Source: Candidatus Daviesbacteria bacterium
Lineage (GTDB): Bacteria > Patescibacteriota > Microgenomatia > Daviesbacterales > UBA10151
Length of the DNA: 64,000 nt
Reading direction: 5' to 3'
Assembly: GCA_016432425.1 (NCBI GenBank)
Contig: CP066688.1
Coordinates: forward strand, 642,619-706,618
A program made the translations under genes and the position numbers. Positions 59,680-64,000 of this stretch are shown here, piece after piece. Each line of letters opens with the position of its first letter. The stretch's first letter is position 1. The notes under the pieces are model-generated. The model had not been told where the DNA came from. It was given only the letters and a program-made list of their open reading frames with translations, and ran no database searches.

Positions 59680-61236
59680 TCAAGAATGTGAAACTAAAGA
59701 AGAGGTGAATCTGTCTTTGATAAATTTTCTGACATACTCCCAATACTCATGAACTAAATCCTTAGCATAAGGATTAACATTACCAAAAGGGACATTCATT
59801 TGGTCATCATCAAAAACACCTCCCTCCTTATCCTTAAATAGTACTTCTTGGTTTGTAGTTATTTTAAAAGATCCTTGTACTCCTCCATCACCAATATTCC
59901 TGTCGGCAACTAAGGTTGTTTGTCTAACCTTTGGAGAAGGCGGTGGAGGATTTTCAGCTTGGGCTTCTGCTACACGATTTAAGTTGTTTATAATTAATGC
60001 CTGATGGTTAAAATCAGTATCTAGTTTGTCCTTAAGAATATTTGTTTCTAAAAACCAAGCTATTTTTTGTTTCCATTCATCTGGTGAAATTTTGCCTAAT
60101 TTACCTAAGAAAGCCTCTAAGATCATAACTTGCCTTCTTTCTCTTCGCTTTTCCGGCATTTTCCAATCATCATTTGCATTTGCCTGTCTAGCTTTCATAA
60201 AATTTATTACTCTTTTTCCTCCCAAGGTAAATATGCCTTTTTCATACTGGAAAGGTAATTGGGGGTTTCCGCCAATATACGTTCCGGTAGTCCTCAGGTT
60301 CCAAGGAATCTCTATCGGTATACCACCTAAACTATTAAACAAATCAGCAAGAAATTCATCACTCATGCTAACTTGATCATCAATAACCAAACCGGTAGCA
60401 TCCTCCAGGGTTTGTCTCATTAAATCAAAACCCCCTTCCCGGTAGGCTCTGCTAATGGATTTAGCTTTAATTCCTTGTTTGGGATCTTGTTTTTGCTCCA
60501 GTTCAGGTGCTCGTAGATCAGCAAAAGAAATGATATCGAAAGCGTTACTTTGAGAATTGTAAGAGAGGATAGTAATAGTATCAAAATCTTGGGGTTTGAT
60601 CATTCCAGGATTAAAGTCTTGGCCTCGATGGTGCAGAGCAATATTAAGACGGTTTCTGTTTAGTTCAGGATCAACTCTATGGAAAAATCCTGAATCAAAT
60701 TTAGCCCGTTCTAAGCGTTTTTTATTGGCTTCTACTATAAAAGGGCGTAAAAAATATGGGGCTTGGTTAATTTTAATATCTGGGACTTTGGTAATATCAA
60801 CTTGAGTTAGGGTATCTCTAAGCATGGGGGTACTGGCTACAACTCCTCCCAGTGTTCCCAAAGCTATGGCAGTTGCTAACCCGGCACCACTAAATCGACC
60901 AACTTTAGAAGATTTTCGTTTTGTCCTTCTTTTTTCTTCCTTAACCAACCCTTTTTGTTGCAAGAATAAATCTACCAAGGCAGAGTGATCAATGGTGGGG
61001 TCATTAGGGTCGAAGCTAAGCATTTCCCTTAAGTTATCATACTCATTTGCTAATTTCTGTAAATCTTTCGGAGCTAAGATTATCTGGTGTACGATTGCTT
61101 TTACCTGAATTAAATCTAAAATTGGGTCAGTAGAGTCAGAAGGAATAAGTGATAAAGTTTCATTCCAGGCAGTAGGTCGGCGGGTTTGAGTAACAAGATT
61201 TTGATAGTTAGTTATTGTTTCTGCTGTTTCGCTCAT
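59680..61236 (-). CDS. Divergent LCP (LytR/CpsA/Psr)-family protein with N-terminal extension
   Basis: TM then DTITILS, IISFADLR, AY..GG, GLVID, FMKAR, RRERRQ. Confidence 0.7.
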   Translation of the reverse strand: MSETAETITNYQNLVTQTRRPTAWNETLSLIPSDSTDPILDLIQVKAIVHQIILAPKDLQKLANEYDNLREMLSFDPNDPTIDHSALVDLFLQQKGLVKEEKRRTKRKSSKVGRFSGAGLATAIALGTLGGVVASTPMLRDTLTQVDITKVPDIKINQAPYFLRPFIVEANKKRLERAKFDSGFFHRVDPELNRNRLNIALHHRGQDFNPGMIKPQDFDTITILSYNSQSNAFDIISFADLRAPELEQKQDPKQGIKAKSISRAYREGGFDLMRQTLEDATGLVIDDQVSMSDEFLADLFNSLGGIPIEIPWNLRTTGTYIGGNPQLPFQYEKGIFTLGGKRVINFMKARQANANDDWKMPEKRRERRQVMILEAFLGKLGKISPDEWKQKIAWFLETNILKDKLDTDFNHQALIINNLNRVAEAQAENPPPPSPKVRQTTLVADRNIGDGGVQGSFKITTNQEVLFKDKEGGVFDDDQMNVPFGNVNPYAKDLVHEYWEYVRKFIKDRFTSSLVSHS

Positions 61237-61239
61237 AAT

Positions 61240-64000
61240 TTATACTCGTCTTCTAGGAGGCGGAGGTGATACAAAAGGAACTTCTTTAAAATTAATACCT
61301 AATTTACCATCCTTGATTTCAAAACCGGAGACTTGCCAGTTATGGTCTATTTGAGAATTTATTTGAGCTTTTAATAAACGATTAATATCTCTAATTTGTT
61401 TTTCTACCTCTCCACGCCTAGTGCCGGCAGCTGCATTGAGGTCGAGACGGTCTATTATTACTTGGATGTTACCAGAGGGGTCGGTCTCCAATCGGGCCGT
61501 AAAATTAGCAGTACCCGTGACAGTAAAAGGTCCTACTTTCTCTGTTCTGGCAATATCTCCTTCAATAATTAATTGCCCGTTTTGGATACGAGAATTTAAC
61601 TGGTTAATTTTAGTATTAGGAATCTGTAAAGTTTTTAAGTAGGTATTTAAATTATCTGGAGTTGTTTCGTAATGGATAGTACCCGTAGTACTTGTAGATA
61701 TTTCATGATTTATTTGAGCTAATAAATCTCCAGCCGGAGGATGTGGTCTTTCTGGAACTGGAGTGGGAGTGGGTTGATGAGCAGGTTCTAGTCGAATCTC
61801 GTCTGGCGAGATTAGTGAAATGGCTTTTTCAATAATTATGGCTGATGATTCACTAGAAGTAGCAGGAACTGTAATGTCACTCCTAATTAGATCAACCATT
61901 GGTACTAAGATGGGACCTTGTATGGGGTCAAGAATTTGAACCTGTAAATTTCCATCAGGTCCTCTGGTCACTCTATTTCCCGGCATGATGGCTCCTACGT
62001 GTCCTGGGCCAAGTGGCACAATAACCCCCGCTCCGTTTTCTACCGCACCAAGAATCTGACTAACAGAGTTACTACGTCTAGTTGCAACTTCAGGAGCCAA
62101 GTGTTCTAAAGCTCTTTCCACATCTGAAGGGATTGCTCCCCCTCTGTGGGTACTAGAATATTCTTTCCCACCTAAATAATTAACAAAATTTTCTTCTTTG
62201 TGTTTATTTGAATCATATACATCTAAAGCTCTTAAGATATTGCCGGCAGAAGCAAATTGGCATGTGAGCATATCAGGGTTTGTCTGCAATTCCCAGTCAA
62301 TGCCTCTTTGCCCAACTTCATCTAAGGGAAAAGTGTAAAGGTAAAGTTCGTTTGCTATTCTTTGTTCCTCTCTAGCATGTTCTGCTATACGTCTTAATAC
62401 TCTCTCTTCATACCCACCGCCTCGGGCTACAGTGAGCGCCCAATTTCCTACATTCTGTTTCTCGACCCACTCTCTGGTTTCATCCAGTTCTGCCTGAGTA
62501 ATTGGCTCAGGTGCGCTAACCCTTATAGGAGGTCTGGGGGTAGTAGGAACTGTGGCTTCGAGAGTTTCTGTCAAAGGTGATGGAGGTGCCGCAGGAGCAA
62601 CTGAGGTTGGAACAAGCGCTGGAATGGGAGTAGGAGTTGGAGTGGGGGTTGGTCTTGGTCCTGCAGGGATAGGTGGAGCACCTCTTCTTTCTGGTTGTTC
62701 CAGCGGCCTTCTGGCAATAAAGAATGGTACCCCCCAATCTGTATAGAAAGGTTCTCGTCCCAGTGGAGTTTCTGGTGTTCCGGGCCCTGCAGGAGTAGGC
62801 TCAATTGGAGAAGGCGGCTCTTCCGGGGGAACTAAATCCGGGATTTTAACTTCTACTGCCTCTGGTAGCGCCCCTAACCCTCTAATAGTGGCAAAGTTTT
62901 GCAGAACATTAACTCCATCTCGTTGCACCATCCTGCCTGCTTCTATAAAACCATACTTACCATCTTGTCCTAGGTTAAAAATATCTTGTCTGTTATATAC
63001 TTCAGTGGCAATATTGCCATCAGGCAGATTTTGTAGGGCCTGTTGGTTTAACACAATCTTGGAAAATTCTGCCAAACTCATGCTATTGGGATTATTAGGA
63101 TCTACTTTTAGGCTAGGGTTGGCATTTGGATCCAGCCGCAATATTCCATCGTAGTTACCATCTGCTCCGTCTGAGACCCACACACCATCTTGGGGTAAGC
63201 TGGGTAATGAGAAATACCAACCCGCTTCTTTATTTTGTATAATTTCCGGTACTTTTACTGGATTGGGGTTGAGGCCTTTTTGGAAACCATCACCCATATT
63301 TCTCATATCTAAAATGATACTCTCTCCCTCTTTGTGGGTGTAAAAACGTAGCTCATTTTGTTGTGATCCTGGCCTGTCATATGAATACCATTCTCGATGG
63401 TCTACGTTGGTTGAATGTTTAATCCATTCCCCCTCCGGACCCAAAATAGGTTTGGTTTCCTGTAGGTTTTCCATGAAGCCGGGGGAAGGTGAGGTTTGTG
63501 GGGTGGATGGTGGATTTTGTTCTGTCGGGGATAGCGATTCCCCGGCTGATACTCCCCCTGGATTTAATAAGTTGCCGACTGCATTAGCTGTTAGGTTAGT
63601 CAGGGCATAGCCGCCAATTCCTGCCGCTGTTGTCATTAGTCCCCGGCTCACTATTCTGTATCTTAGAGCAGCATCAAAAGCCTGTTGCCTGCGGGCAATG
63701 GACTCTGCCTCATTTACCCCTAAATTACCCAGAGCAATTTGGAAATTAGCATTAATGGCCGTGGCATTTCTTAGATGATCCATCTGGTTTTCCGTCAGTT
63801 GGGTAATTAGCCAATCAGTTCTATCAGCATTTTGCGGGGCATTCCCATTAGGCAGCAAGGCATTTTGAATTTCCATTAACCGGTTTTGGTTTTGTCCTAA
63901 AAAGCTTCTTAAGGCCACTTGAGCACTAGCCCGGGTTAACTCCAGCTCTGTTTTTTGTTGCTGATAAACTTCTGGAGTATTATCGGTGGCTGACAACAGG
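61240..64000 (-). CDS. Large multidomain protein with Pro-rich linkers and a putative papain-like/C39 peptidase domain (5' end probably outside window)
   Basis: At least 918 codons; Q..TCQFASAGN, GHVG, ILDP triad-like pattern. Confidence 0.7.
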   Translation of the reverse strand, partial: LLSATDNTPEVYQQQKTELELTRASAQVALRSFLGQNQNRLMEIQNALLPNGNAPQNADRTDWLITQLTENQMDHLRNATAINANFQIALGNLGVNEAESIARRQQAFDAALRYRIVSRGLMTTAAGIGGYALTNLTANAVGNLLNPGGVSAGESLSPTEQNPPSTPQTSPSPGFMENLQETKPILGPEGEWIKHSTNVDHREWYSYDRPGSQQNELRFYTHKEGESIILDMRNMGDGFQKGLNPNPVKVPEIIQNKEAGWYFSLPSLPQDGVWVSDGADGNYDGILRLDPNANPSLKVDPNNPNSMSLAEFSKIVLNQQALQNLPDGNIATEVYNRQDIFNLGQDGKYGFIEAGRMVQRDGVNVLQNFATIRGLGALPEAVEVKIPDLVPPEEPPSPIEPTPAGPGTPETPLGREPFYTDWGVPFFIARRPLEQPERRGAPPIPAGPRPTPTPTPTPIPALVPTSVAPAAPPSPLTETLEATVPTTPRPPIRVSAPEPITQAELDETREWVEKQNVGNWALTVARGGGYEERVLRRIAEHAREEQRIANELYLYTFPLDEVGQRGIDWELQTNPDMLTCQFASAGNILRALDVYDSNKHKEENFVNYLGGKEYSSTHRGGAIPSDVERALEHLAPEVATRRSNSVSQILGAVENGAGVIVPLGPGHVGAIMPGNRVTRGPDGNLQVQILDPIQGPILVPMVDLIRSDITVPATSSESSAIIIEKAISLISPDEIRLEPAHQPTPTPVPERPHPPAGDLLAQINHEISTSTTGTIHYETTPDNLNTYLKTLQIPNTKINQLNSRIQNGQLIIEGDIARTEKVGPFTVTGTANFTARLETDPSGNIQVIIDRLDLNAAAGTRRGEVEKQIRDINRLLKAQINSQIDHNWQVSGFEIKDGKLGINFKEVPFVSPPPPRRRV

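Overview
This 64 kb window is bacterial chromosomal DNA (code 11, AT-rich). Gene content and style suggest a Patescibacteria/CPR organism, probably Microgenomates-type; this is inference, not a database result. It carries housekeeping genes (prmC, prfA, rpmE, a short hisS, dnaB, tRNA-Leu(CAA), efp, lgt, tgt, yebC, ruvC, a Xer recombinase, gyrA/gyrB, trmD, rpsP, rnc, nusB, rpmF, recG), a complete type IV pilus cluster and a cohesin/dockerin surface-protein cluster. Main points: (1) A diversity-generating retroelement at 40.3-41.6 kb has an intact target gene and a 105-bp VR/TR pair (24 of 27 mismatches at template adenines), but its reverse transcriptase is reduced to a C-terminal stub and no avd is visible. 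(2) A REP-associated tyrosine transposase (RAYT) is flanked by inverted 35-bp elements. Copies of these and of other palindrome families sit in frame inside core genes and in promoter spacers, and one appears to supply signal peptides. (3) A candidate peptidoglycan-sugar scavenging module lies between gyrB and gyrA. (4) A dif-like site sits in a 1-kb non-coding region about 5 kb from the Xer gene. (5) Many promoters look leaderless, HisRS lacks its anticodon-binding domain, and the ACP-like protein lacks the phosphopantetheine serine. All calls come from manual motif reading; no searches were run.
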